Positions 1-14,649 are shown, numbered from the stretch's first letter. The stretch: 64,000 bases of DNA from Eledone cirrhosa (GCA_964016885.1 OZ024741.1:4774001-4838000), one strand, 5' to 3'. Notes: generated by a model from the letters alone, not told the origin. Numbers and translations are program-made.

Positions 1-1035
1 CTGTAGTTATACTGAGACTGTAATTACACTGTGACTGTTGTTATACTGTTACTGTTGTTATACAGTAACTGTAATTATACTGTGACTGTAGTTATACTGA
101 GACTGTAATTATACTGTGACTGTTGTTATACTGTTACTGTTGTTATACAGTAACTGTAGTTATACTGTGATTTTAGTTATACTGTAACTGTAGTTATACT
201 GCAACTGTAGTCATACTGTAACTGTAGTCATAATGCAACTGTAGTTATACTGTAACTGTAGTTATACTGTAGCTATACTCTAGCTGTAGTTATACTTTAA
301 CTGTAGATATACTGTACCTGTAGTTATACTGTAACTGTATTTATACTGTAGCTGTAGTTATACTGTGACTCTAGTTATACTGTAACTGTAGTTATACTGT
401 AGCTGTAGTTATACTGTGACTGTAGTTATACTGTAACTGTAGTTATACTGTAGCTGTAGTTATACTGCAACTGTAGTTATACTGTAACTGTAGTTATACT
501 GCAACTGTAGTTATACTGTAACTGTAGTTATACTGTAACTGTAGTTATACTGCAACTGTAGTAATACTTTAACTGTAGTTATACTGTAACTGTAGTTATA
601 CTGCAACTGTAGTTATACTGCAACTGTAGTTATACTGTAACTGTAGTTCTACTGTAGCTGTAGTTATACTGTAGCTGTAGTTATACTGTAACTGTAGATA
701 TACTGTAGCTGTAGTTATACTGTGACTGTAGTTATACTGTGACTGTAGTTATACTGTGACTGTAGTTATACTGTGACTGTTGTTATACTGTCACTGTAGT
801 TATACTGTAACTGTAGTTATACTGTAGCTGTAGTTATATTGTAGCTGTAGTTTTACTGTAACTGTAGTTATACTGTAACTGTACTTATACTGCAACTGTA
901 CTTATACTGCAACTGTAGTTATACTGCAACTGTAGTTATAGTGTAACTGTAGTTCTACTGTAGCTGTAGTTATACTGTAGCTGTAGTTATACTGTCACTG
1001 TAGCTACACTGTAGCTGTAGTTATATTGTAGCTGT

Positions 1036-1101
1036 AGTTATACTGTAACTGTAGTTATACTGTAACTGTAGTTACAGTATATCTACAGTTACAGTATAAC
1101 T
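1036..1101. repeat. Quasi-palindrome (32-bp arms, 2-nt spacer, 1 mismatch) produced by a micro-inversion at 1070-1101
   Basis: 1070-1101 reads AGTTACAGTATATCTACAGTTACAGTATAACT. Its reverse complement AGTTATACTGTAACTGTAGATATACTGTAACT matches 1036-1067 at 31 of 32 positions. Confidence 0.95.
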
Positions 1102-4100
1102 GTAGTTATACTGTGACTGTAGTTATACTCTAACTGTAGTTATACTGTAGCTGTAGTTATACTTTAGCTGTAGTTATACTGTAGCTGTAGTTATACTGCA
1201 ACTGTTGTTATACTGTAACTAGTTATACTGCAACTGTAGTTATACTGTAGCTATACTGTAGCTGTAGTTATACTGTAACTGTAGTTATACTGCAACTGTA
1301 GTTATACTGTGACTGTTGTTATACTGTTACTGTTGTTATACAGTAACTAGTTATAATGTGACTTTAGTTATACTGTAACTGTAGTTATACTGCAACTGTA
1401 GTTATACTGTAACTGTAGTCATACTGTAACTGTAGTCATAATGCAACTGTAGTTATACTGTAACTGTAGTTATACTGTACCTATACTCTAGCTGTAGTTA
1501 TACTTTAACTGTAGATATACTGTGACTGTAGTTATACTGTATCTGTAGTTATACTGTGTCTGTAGTTATACTGTCACTGTAGTTATACTGTAACTGTATT
1601 TATACTGTGACTCTAGTTATACTGTAACTGTAGTTATACTGTAGCTGTAGTTATACTGTAACTGTAGTTATACTGTGACTAGTTAAACTGTAACTGTAGT
1701 TATACTGTGACTGTAGCTGTAGTTATACTGTCACTGTAGTTATACTGTGACTTTAGTTATACTGTGACTGTAGTTATACTGTGACTGTTGTTATACTTCA
1801 ACTGTAGTTATACTGCAACTGTAGTTATACTGTAACTGTAGTTATACTGTAGCTATAGTTATACTGTGACTCTAGTTATACTGTAGCTGTAGTTATACTG
1901 TAACTGTAGATATACTGTAGCTGTAGTTATACTGTGACTGTAGTTATACTGTGACTGTAGTTATACTGTGACTGTTGTTATACTGTAGCTGTAGTTATAC
2001 TGTAACTGTAGTTATACTGTCAATGTAGTTATACTGTCACTGTAGTTATACTGTAACTGTAGTTATACTGAAACTAGTTATACTGTAAATGTAGTTATAG
2101 TGTAGCTGTAGTTATACTGTAACTGTAGTTATACTGTAACTGTAGTTATACTGTGACTGTAGTTATACTTCAACTGTAGTTATACTGTAACTGTAGATAT
2201 ACTGTAGCTGTAGTTATACTGTGACTAGTTATACTGTGACTGTAGTTATACTGTGACTGTTGTTATACTGTAGCTGTAGTTATACTGTAACTGTAGTTAT
2301 ACTGTCAATGTAGTTATACTGTCACTGTAGTTATACTGTAACTGTAGTTATACTGAAACTGTAGTTATACTGTAAATGTAGTTATAGTGTAGCTGTAGTT
2401 ATACTGTAACTGTAGTTATACTGTAACTGTAGTTATACTGTAACTGTAGTTATACTGCAACTGTAGTTATACTGTAACTGTAGTTATACTGCAACTCTAG
2501 TTATACTGTAACTGTAGTTATACTGTAACTGTAGTTATACTGTAACTGTAGTTATACTGTAACTGTAGTTATACTGCAACTGTAGTTATACTGTAGCTGT
2601 AGTTATACTGTGACTGTAGTTATACTGTAACTGTAGTTATACTGTAGCTGTAGTTATACTTCAACTGTAGTTATACTGTAGCTGTAGTTATACTGCAACT
2701 GTAGTTATACTGCAACTGTAGTTATACTGTAACTGTAGTTATTCTGTAACTGTAGTTATACTGCAACTGTAGTTATACTGTAACTGTAGTTATACTGTAA
2801 CTGTAGTTATACTACAACTGTAGTTATACTGTAACTGTAGTTCTACTGTAGCTGTAGTTCTACTGTAGCTGTAGTTATACTGTAGCTGTAGTTATACTGT
2901 AACTGTAGTTATACTGTAGCTGTAGTTATACTGTAGCTGTAGTTTTACTGTGACTGTAGTTATACTGTCACTAGCTATACTGTAGCTGTAGTTATATTGT
3001 AGCTGTAGTTATACTGTAACTGTAGTTATACTGTAGCTGTAGTTATACTCTAACTGTAGTTATACTGTGACTGTAGTTATACCGTGACTGTTGTTATACT
3101 ATGACTTTAGTTATACTGTAACTGTAGTTATACTGTAACTGTAGTTATACTGTAGCTGTAGTTATACCGTAAATGTAGATATACTGTAGCTGTAGTTATA
3201 CTGCAACTGTAGTTATACTGCAACTGTAGTTATACTGTAGCTGTAGTTATACTATGACTAGTTATACAGTAGCTGTAGTTATACTGTAGCTGTAGTTATA
3301 CTGCAACTGTAGTTATACTGTAACTATAGTTATACTGCAACTGTAGTTATACTGTAACTGTAGTTATACTGTAACTGTGGTTATACTGCAACTGTAGTTA
3401 TACTGTAACTGTAGTCATACTGTAACTGTAGTCATAATGCAACTGTAGTTATACTGTAACTGTAGTTATACTGTAGCTATACTCTAGCTGTAGTTATACT
3501 TTGACTAGATATACTGTGACTGTAGTTATACTGTAGCTGTAGTTATACTGTAACTGTAGTTATACTGTGACTCTAGTTATACTGTAACTGTAGTTATACT
3601 GTAACTGTAGTTATACTGTGACTGTAGTTATACTGTAAGTGTAGTTATACTGTAGCTGGAGTTATACTGTGACTGTTGTTATACTTCAACTGTAGTTATA
3701 CTGCAACTGTAGTTATACTGCAACTGTAGTTATACTGTGACTTGTTATACTGTGACTGTTGTTATACTGTCACTGTAGTTATACTGTCACTGTAGCTGTA
3801 GTTATACTGTAGCTGTAATTATAATGTAACTGTAGTTATACTGTAACTGTAGATATACTGTAACTGTAGTTATACTGTCACTATAGTTATGCTGTAACTG
3901 TAGTTATACTGTAACTGTAGTTATACTGTAGCTGTAGTTATACTGTAACTGTAGTTCTACTGTAGCTGTAGTTCTACTGTAGCTGTAGTTATACTGTAGC
4001 TGTAGTTATACTGTAACTGTAGTTATACTGTAGCTGTAGTTATACTGTAGCTGTAGTTATACTGTGACTGTAGTTATACTGTAGCTGTAGTTATACTGTA

Positions 4101-5797
4101 ACTGTAGTTATACTGCAACTGTAGTTATACTGCAACTGTAGTTATACTGCAACTGTAGTTATACTGTAACTAGTTATACTTCAACTGTAATTATACTGTA
4201 GCTGTAGTTATAGTGTGACTGTAGTTATACTGTAACTGTAGTTACACTTCAACTGTAGTTATACTGTAGCTGTAGTTATACTGTGACTGTAGTTATACTG
4301 TAACTGTAGTTATACTGCAACTGTAGTTATACTGTAACTGTAGTTATACTGCAACTGTAGTTATACTGCAACTGTAGTTATACTGTAACTGTAGTTATAC
4401 TGTAACTGTAGTTATACTGTAACTGTAGTTATACTGCAACTGTAGTTATACTGTAACTGTAGTTATACTGCAACTGTAGTTATACTGCAACTGTAGTTAT
4501 ACTGTAACTGTAATTCTATCGTAGCTGTAGTTATACTGTAGCTGTTGTTATACTGTCACTGTAGCTATACTGTAACTGTAGTTATACTGCAACTGTACTT
4601 ATACTGCAACTGTAGTTCTACTGTAGCTGTAGTTATACTGTAGCTGTAGTTTTACTGTAATTGTAGTTATAGTGTAGCTGTAGTTATACTGTAGCTGTAG
4701 TTATACTGTAACTGTAGTTATATTGTGACTGTAGTTATACTGAGACTGTAATTACACTGTGACTGTTGTTATACTGTTACTGTTGTTATACAGTAACTGT
4801 AATTATACTGTGACTGTAGTTATACTGAGACTGTAATTATACTGTGACTGTTGTTATACTGTTACTGTTGTTATACAGTAACTGTAGTTATACTGTGATT
4901 TTAGTTATACTGTAACTGTAGTTATACTGCAACTGTAGTCATACTGTAACTGTAGTCATAATGCAACTGTAGTTATACTGTAACTGTAGTTATACTGTAG
5001 CTATACTCTAGCTGTAGTTATACTTTAACTGTAGATATACTGTACCTGTAGTTATACTGTAACTGTATTTATACTGTAGCTGTAGTTATACTGTGACTCT
5101 AGTTATACTGTAACTGTAGTTATACTGTAGCTGTAGTTATACTGTGACTGTAGTTATACTGTAACTGTAGTTATACTGTAGCTGTAGTTATACTGCAACT
5201 GTAGTTATACTGTAACTGTAGTTATACTGCAACTGTAGTTATACTGTAACTGTAGTTATACTGTAACTGTAGTTATACTGCAACTGTAGTAATACTTTAA
5301 CTGTAGTTATACTGTAACTGTAGTTATACTGCAACTGTAGTTATACTGCAACTGTAGTTATACTGTAACTGTAGTTCTACTGTAGCTGTAGTTATACTGT
5401 AGCTGTAGTTATACTGTAACTGTAGATATACTGTAGCTGTAGTTATACTGTGACTGTAGTTATACTGTGACTGTAGTTATACTGTGACTGTAGTTATACT
5501 GTGACTGTTGTTATACTGTCACTGTAGTTATACTGTAACTGTAGTTATACTGTAGCTGTAGTTATATTGTAGCTGTAGTTTTACTGTAACTGTAGTTATA
5601 CTGTAACTGTACTTATACTGCAACTGTACTTATACTGCAACTGTAGTTATACTGCAACTGTAGTTATAGTGTAACTGTAGTTCTACTGTAGCTGTAGTTA
5701 TACTGTAGCTGTAGTTATACTGTCACTGTAGCTACACTGTAGCTGTAGTTATATTGTAGCTGTAGTTATACTGTAACTGTAGTTATACTGTAACTGT

Positions 5798-5829
5798 AGT
5801 TACAGTATATCTACAGTTACAGTATAACT
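5798..5829 (-). repeat. Inverted satellite segment, copy 2
   Basis: Same 32-mer as 1070-1101. Confidence 0.95.
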
Positions 5830-7009
5830 GTAGTTATACTGTGACTGTAGTTATACTCTAACTGTAGTTATACTGTAGCTGTAGTTATACTTTAGCTGTA
5901 GTTATACTGTAGCTGTAGTTATACTGCAACTGTTGTTATACTGTAACTAGTTATACTGCAACTGTAGTTATACTGTAGCTATACTGTAGCTGTAGTTATA
6001 CTGTAACTGTAGTTATACTGCAACTGTAGTTATACTGTGACTGTTGTTATACTGTTACTGTTGTTATACAGTAACTAGTTATAATGTGACTTTAGTTATA
6101 CTGTAACTGTAGTTATACTGCAACTGTAGTTATACTGTAACTGTAGTCATACTGTAACTGTAGTCATAATGCAACTGTAGTTATACTGTAACTGTAGTTA
6201 TACTGTACCTATACTCTAGCTGTAGTTATACTTTAACTGTAGATATACTGTGACTGTAGTTATACTGTATCTGTAGTTATACTGTGTCTGTAGTTATACT
6301 GTCACTGTAGTTATACTGTAACTGTATTTATACTGTGACTCTAGTTATACTGTAACTGTAGTTATACTGTAGCTGTAGTTATACTGTAACTGTAGTTATA
6401 CTGTGACTAGTTAAACTGTAACTGTAGTTATACTGTGACTGTAGCTGTAGTTATACTGTCACTGTAGTTATACTGTGACTTTAGTTATACTGTGACTGTA
6501 GTTATACTGTGACTGTTGTTATACTTCAACTGTAGTTATACTGCAACTGTAGTTATACTGTAACTGTAGTTATACTGTAGCTATAGTTATACTGTGACTC
6601 TAGTTATACTGTAGCTGTAGTTATACTGTAACTGTAGATATACTGTAGCTGTAGTTATACTGTGACTGTAGTTATACTGTGACTGTTGTTATACTGTCAC
6701 TGTAGTTATACTGTAACTGTAGTTATACTGTAGCTGTAGTTATACTGTAGCTGTAGTTATATTGTAGCTGTAGTTTTACTGTAACTGTAGTTATACTGTA
6801 ACTGTACTTATACTGCAACTGTACTTATACTGCAACTGTAGTTATACTGCAACTGTAGTTATACTGCAACTGTAGTTATAGTGTAACTGTAGTTCTACTG
6901 TAGCTGTAGTTATACTGTAGCTGTAGTTATACTGTCACTGTAGCTACACTGTAGCTGTAGTTATATTGTAGCTGTAGTTATACTGTAACTGTAGTTATAC
7001 TGTAACTGT

Positions 7010-7041
7010 AGTTACAGTATATCTACAGTTACAGTATAACT
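7010..7041 (-). repeat. Inverted satellite segment, copy 3
   Basis: Same 32-mer as 1070-1101. Confidence 0.95.
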
Positions 7042-10000
7042 GTAGTTATACTGTGACTGTAGTTATACTCTAACTGTAGTTATACTGTAGCTGTAGTTAT
7101 ACTTTAGCTGTAGTTATACTGTAGCTGTAGTTATACTGCAACTGTTGTTATACTGTAACTAGTTATACTGCAACTGTAGTTATACTGTAGCTATACTGTA
7201 GCTGTAGTTATACTGTAACTGTAGTTATACTGCAACTGTAGTTATACTGTGACTGTTGTTATACTGTTACTGTTGTTATACAGTAACTAGTTATAATGTG
7301 ACTTTAGTTATACTGTAACTGTAGTTATACTGCAACTGTAGTTATACTGTAACTGTAGTCATACTGTAACTGTAGTCATAATGCAACTGTAGTTATACTG
7401 TAACTGTAGTTATACTGTACCTATACTCTAGCTGTAGTTATACTTTAACTGTAGATATACTGTGACTGTAGTTATACTGTATCTGTAGTTATACTGTGTC
7501 TGTAGTTATACTGTCACTGTAGTTATACTGTAACTGTATTTATACTGTGACTCTAGTTATACTGTAACTGTAGTTATACTGTAGCTGTAGTTATACTGTA
7601 ACTGTAGTTATACTGTGACTAGTTAAACTGTAACTGTAGTTATACTGTGACTGTAGCTGTAGTTATACTGTCACTGTAGTTATACTGTGACTTTAGTTAT
7701 ACTGTGACTGTAGTTATACTGTGACTGTTGTTATACTTCAACTGTAGTTATACTGCGACTGTAGTTATACTGTAACTGTAGTTATACTGTAGCTATAGTT
7801 ATACTGTGACTCTAGTTATACTGTAGCTGTAGTTATACTGTAACTGTAGATATACTGTAGCTGTAGTTATACTGTGACTGTAGTTATACTGTGACTGTAG
7901 TTATACTGTGACTGTTGTTATACTGTAGCTGTAGTTATACTGTAACTGTAGTTATACTGTCAATGTAGTTATACTGTCACTGTAGTTATACTGTAACTGT
8001 AGTTATACTGAAACTAGTTATACTGTAAATGTAGTTATAGTGTAGCTGTAGTTATACTGTAACTGTAGTTATACTGTGACTGTAGTTATACTTCAACTGT
8101 AGTTATACTGTAACTGTAGATATACTGTAGCTGTAGTTATACTGTGACTAGTTATACTGTGACTGTAGTTATACTGTGACTGTTGTTATACTGTAGCTGT
8201 AGTTATACTGTAACTGTAGTTATACTGTCAATGTAGTTATACTGTCACTGTAGTTATACTGTAACTGTAGTTATACTGAAACTGTAGTTATACTGTAAAT
8301 GTAGTTATAGTGTAGCTGTAGTTATACTGTAACTGTAGTTATACTGTAACTGTAGTTATACTGTAACTGTAGTTATACTGCAACTGTAGTTATACTGTAA
8401 CTGTAGTTATACTGCAACTCTAGTTATACTGTAACTGTAGTTATACTGTAACTGTAGTTATACTGTAACTGTAGTTATACTGTAACTGTAGTTATACTGC
8501 AACTGTAGTTATACTGTAGCTGTAGTTATACTGTGACTGTAGTTATACTGTAACTGTAGTTATACTGTAGCTGTAGTTATACTTCAACTGTAGTTATACT
8601 GTAGCTGTAGTTATACTGCAACTGTAGTTATACTGCAACTGTAGTTATACTGTAACTGTAGTTATTCTGTAACTGTAGTTATACTGCAACTGTAGTTATA
8701 CTGTAACTGTAGTTATACTGTAACTGTAGTTATACTGCAACTGTAGTTATACTGTAACTGTAGTTCTACTGTAGCTGTAGTTCTACTGTAGCTGTAGTTA
8801 TACTGTAGCTGTAGTTATACTGTAACTGTAGTTATACTGTAGCTGTAGTTATACTGTAGCTGTAGTTTTACTGTGACTGTAGTTATACTGTCACTAGCTA
8901 TACTGTAGCTGTAGTTATATTGTAGCTGTAGTTATACTGTAACTGTAGTTATACTGTAGCTGTAGTTATACTCTAACTGTAGTTATACTGTGACTGTAGT
9001 TATACCGTGACTGTTGTTATACTATGACTTTAGTTATACTGTAACTGTAGTTATACTGTAGCTGTAGTTATACCGTAAATGTAGATATACTGTAGCTGTA
9101 GTTATACTGCAACTGTAGTTATACTGCAACTGTATTTATACTGTAGCTGTAGTTATACTATGACTAGTTATACAGTAGCTGTAGTTATACTGTAGCTGTA
9201 GTTATACTGCAACTGTAGTTATACTGTAACTATAGTTATACTGCAACTGTAGTTATACTGTAACTGTAGTTATACTGTAACTGTGGTTATACTGCAACTG
9301 TAGTTATACTGTAACTGTAGTCATACTGTAACTGTAGTCATAATGCAACTGTAGTTATACTGTAACTGTAGTTATACTGTAGCTATACTCTAGCTGTAGT
9401 TATACTTTGACTAGATATACTGTGACTGTAGTTATACTGTAGCTGTAGTTATACTGTAACTGTAGTTATACTGTGACTCTAGTTATACTGTAGCTGTAGT
9501 TATACTGTAACTGTAGTTATACTGTAACTGTAGTTATACTGTGACTGTAGTTATACTGTAAGTGTAGTTATACTGTAGCTGGAGTTATACTGTGACTGTT
9601 GTTATACTTCAACTGTAGTTATACTGCAACTGTAGTTATACTGCAACTGTAGTTATACTGCAACTGTAGTTATACTGTGACTGTTGTTATACTGTCACTG
9701 TAGTTATACTGTCACTGTAGCTGTAGTTATACTGTAGCTGTAATTATAATGTAACTGTAGTTATACTGTAACTGTAGATATACTGTAACTGTAGTTATAC
9801 TGTCACTATATTTATGCTGTAACTGTAGTTATACTGTAACTGTAGTTATACTGTAGCTGTAGTTATACTGTAACTGTAGTTCTACTGTAGCTGTAGTTCT
9901 ACTGTAGCTGTAGTTATACTGTAGCTGTAGTTATACTGTAACTGTAGTTATACTGTAGCTGTAGTTATACTGTAGCTGTAGTTATACTGTGACTGTAGTT

Positions 10001-11739
10001 ATACTGTAGCTGTAGTTATACTGTAACTGTAGTTATACTGCAACTGTAGTTATACTGCAACTGTAGTTATACTGCAACTGTAGTTATACTGTAACTAGTT
10101 ATACTTCAACTGTAATTATACTGTAGCTGTAGTTATAGTGTGACTGTAGTTATACTGTAACTGTAGTTACACTTCAACTGTAGTTATACTGTAACTGTAG
10201 TTATACTGTAGCTGTAGTTATACTGTGACTGTAGTTATACTGTAACTGTAGTTATACTGCAACTGTAGTTATACTGTAACTGTAGTTATACTGCAACTGT
10301 AGTTATACTGCAACTGTAGTTATACTGTAACTGTAGTTATACTGTAACTGTAGTTATACTGTAACTGTAGTTATACTGCAACTGTAGTTATACTGTAACT
10401 GTAGTTATACTGCAACTGTAGTTATACTGCAACTGTAGTTATACTGTAACTGTAATTCTATCGTAGCTGTAGTTATACTGTAGCTGTTGTTATACTGTCA
10501 CTGTAGCTATACTGTAACTGTAGTTATACTGCAACTGTACTTATACTGCAACTGTAGTTCTACTGTAGCTGTAGTTATACTGTAGCTGTAGTTTTACTGT
10601 AATTGTAGTTATAGTGTAGCTGTAGTTATACTGTAGCTGTAGTTATACTGTAACTGTAGTTATATTGTGACTGTAGTTATACTGAGACTGTAATTACACT
10701 GTGACTGTTGTTATACTGTTACTGTTGTTATACAGTAACTGTAATTATACTGTGACTGTAGTTATACTGAGACTGTAATTATACTGTGACTGTTGTTATA
10801 CTGTTACTGTTGTTATACAGTAACTGTAGTTATACTGTGATTTTAGTTATACTGTAACTGTAGTTATACTGCAACTGTAGTCATACTGTAACTGTAGTCA
10901 TAATGCAACTGTAGTTATACTGTAACTGTAGTTATACTGTAGCTATACTCTAGCTGTAGTTATACTTTAACTGTAGATATACTGTACCTGTAGTTATACT
11001 GTAACTGTATTTATACTGTAGCTGTAGTTATACTGTGACTCTAGTTATACTGTAACTGTAGTTATACTGTAGCTGTAGTTATACTGTGACTGTAGTTATA
11101 CTGTAACTGTAGTTATACTGTAGCTGTAGTTATACTGCAACTGTAGTTATACTGTAACTGTAGTTATACTGCAACTGTAGTTATACTGTAACTGTAGTTA
11201 TACTGTAACTGTAGTTATACTGCAACTGTAGTAATACTTTAACTGTAGTTATACTGTAACTGTAGTTATACTGCAACTGTAGTTATACTGCAACTGTAGT
11301 TATACTGTAACTGTAGTTCTACTGTAGCTGTAGTTATACTGTAGCTGTAGTTATACTGTAACTGTAGATATACTGTAGCTGTAGTTATACTGTGACTGTA
11401 GTTATACTGTGACTGTAGTTATACTGTGACTGTAGTTATACTGTGACTGTTGTTATACTGTCACTGTAGTTATACTGTAACTGTAGTTATACTGTAGCTG
11501 TAGTTATATTGTAGCTGTAGTTTTACTGTAACTGTAGTTATACTGTAACTGTACTTATACTGCAACTGTACTTATACTGCAACTGTAGTTATACTGCAAC
11601 TGTAGTTATAGTGTAACTGTAGTTCTACTGTAGCTGTAGTTATACTGTAGCTGTAGTTATACTGTCACTGTAGCTACACTGTAGCTGTAGTTATATTGTA
11701 GCTGTAGTTATACTGTAACTGTAGTTATACTGTAACTGT

Positions 11740-11771
11740 AGTTACAGTATATCTACAGTTACAGTATAACT
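11740..11771 (-). repeat. Inverted satellite segment, copy 4
   Basis: Same 32-mer as 1070-1101. Confidence 0.95.
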
Positions 11772-14649
11772 GTAGTTATACTGTGACTGTAGTTATACTC
11801 TAACTGTAGTTATACTGTAGCTGTAGTTATACTTTAGCTGTAGTTATACTGTAGCTGTAGTTATACTGCAACTGTTGTTATACTGTAACTAGTTATACTG
11901 CAACTGTAGTTATACTGTAGCTGTAGTTATACTGTAACTGTAGTTATACTGCAACTGTAGTTATACTGTGACTGTTGTTATACTGTTACTGTTGTTATAC
12001 AGTAACTAGTTATAATGTGACTTTAGTTATACTGTAACTGTAGTTATACTGCAACTGTAGTTATACTGTAACTGTAGTCATACTGTAACTGTAGTCATAA
12101 TGCAACTGTAGTTATACTGTAACTGTAGTTATACTGTACCTATACTCTAGCTGTAGTTATACTTTAACTGTAGATATACTGTGACTGTAGTTATACTGTA
12201 TCTGTAGTTATACTGTGTCTGTAGTTATACTGTCACTGTAGTTATACTGTAACTGTATTTATACTGTGACTCTAGTTATACTGTAACTGTAGTTATACTG
12301 TAGCTGTAGTTATACTGTAACTGTAGTTATACTGTGACTAGTTAAACTGTAACTGTAGCTGTAGTTATACTGTCACTGTAGTTATACTGTGACTTTAGTT
12401 ATACTGTGACTGTAGTTATACTGTGACTGTTGTTATACTTCAACTGTAGTTATACTGCAACTGTAGTTATACTGTAACTGTAGTTATACTGTAGCTATAG
12501 TTATACTGTGACTCTAGTTATACTGTAGCTGTAGTTATACTGTAACTGTAGATATACTGTAGCTGTAGTTATACTGTGACTGTAGTTATACTGTGACTGT
12601 AGTTATACTGTGACTGTTGTTATACTGTAGCTGTAGTTATACTGTAACTGTAGTTATACTGTCAATGTAGTTATACTGTCACTGTAGTTACACTGTAACT
12701 GTAGTTATACTGAAACTAGTTATACTGTAAATGTAGTTATAGTGTAGCTGTAGTTATACTGTAACTGTAGTTATACTGTAACTGTAGTTATACTGTGACT
12801 GTAGTTATACTTCAACTGTAGTTATACTGTAACTGTAGTTATACTGTAACTGTAGTTATACTGTAGCTATACTGTGACTGTAGTTATACTGTCACTGTAG
12901 CTATACTGTAGCTGTAGTTATATTGGAGCTGTAGTTATACTGTATCTGTAGTTATACTGTAACTGTAGTTATACTCTAACTGTAGTTATACTCTAACTGT
13001 AGTTATACCGTGACTGTTGTTATATTGTAACTGTAGTTATACTGTGACTTTAGTTATACTATGACTTTAGTTATACTGTAACTGTAGTTATCCTGTAACT
13101 GTAGTTATCCTGTAACTGTAGTTATACTGTAGCTGTAGTTATACTGTAAATGTAGATATACTGTAGCTGTAGTTATACTGCAACTGTAGGTATACTGCAG
13201 CTGTACTTATACTGTGGCTTTTATTATACTGTAACTGTAGTTATACTGTAACTGTTGTTATACTGCAACTGTAGTTATACTGTAACTGTAGTTATACTGC
13301 AACTGTAGTTATAGTGCAACTGTAGTTATACTACAACTGTAGTTATACTGTAACTGTAGTTATACTGTAGCTGTAGTTATACTGTAGCTGTAGATATACT
13401 GTAGCTGTAGTTATAATGTGATTGTAGTTACACTGTAACTGTAGTTATATTGTAGCTGTAGTTATACTGTGACTCTAGTTATACTGTAACTAGTTATACT
13501 GTAACTGTAGTTATACTGTAACTGTAGTTATACTATAACTGTAGTTATACTGCAACTGTAGTTATACTGCAACTGTAGTTATACTGTAACTGTAGTTATA
13601 CTGTAACTGTAGTTATACTGCAACTGTAGTTATACTGCAGCTGTAGTTATACTGTAACTGTAGTTATACTGTAGCTGTAGTTATACTTTAACTGTAGATA
13701 TCCTGTAGTTGTAGTTATAGTGTAACTGTAGTTATACTGTAGCTATAGTTATACTGTGACTGTAGTTATAATGTAGCTGTAGTTATACTGTGACTGTAGT
13801 TATACTGTAGCTGTAGTTATACTGTAACTGTAGTTATACTGTAGCTGTAGTTATACTTTAACTGTAGATATCCTGTAGTTGTAGTTATAGTGTAACTGTA
13901 GTTATACTGTAGCTATAGTTATACTGTGACTCTAGTTATACTGTGACTGTAGTTATAATGTAGCTGTAGTTATACTGTGACTGTAGTTATACTGTAACTG
14001 TAGTTATACTTTAACTGTAGATATACTGTAGCTGTAGTTATACTGTCACTGTAGCTGTAGTTATACTGTAATTGTAGTTATACTGTAGCTGTAGTTATAC
14101 TGTGACTCTAGTTATGCTGTAACTGTAGTTATACTGTAGCTGTAATTATAATGTAACTGTAGTTATACTGTAACTGTAGATATACTGTAACTGTAGTTAT
14201 ACTGTAGCTGTAGTTATACTGTGACTGTAGTTATACTGTCACTATAGTTATGCTGTAACTGTAGTTATACTGTAGCTGTAGTTATACTGTAGCTGTAATT
14301 ATACTGTAACTGTAGTTATACTGTGACTGTAGTTATACTGTGACTAGTTATACTGTAACTGTAGTTATACTGTCACTATAGTTATGCTGTAACTGTAGTT
14401 ATACTGTAACTGTAGTTATACTGTAGCTGTAGTTATACTGTGACTGTAGTTATACTGTAACTGTAGTTATACTTCAACTGTAGTTATACTGTAACTAGTT
14501 ATGCTGTAACTGTAGTTATACTGTAACTGTAGTTATACTGTACCTGTAGTTATACTGCAACTGTAGCTGTAGTTATACTGTAGCTGTAGTTATACTGTAG
14601 CTGTAGTTATACTGTAACTGTAGTTATACTGTAACTGTAGTTATACTGC

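Larger units (their letters stand above)
1..12800. repeat. Higher-order repeat domain with a ~4.73-kb unit and an internal ~1.21-kb duplication (giving a ~5.94-kb period)
   Basis: Marker CTGAGACTGTAATTACACT at 12, 4740 and 10682 (spacings 4728, 5942). Inversion marker at 1070, 5798, 7010 and 11740 (spacings 4728, 1212, 4730). Confidence 0.88.

Noticed and set aside
1036-1101. Palindrome as a terminator, pre-miRNA or MITE
   Set aside because: It is fully explained as inverted satellite sequence. There is no U-tract, gene context, target-site duplication or expression evidence.
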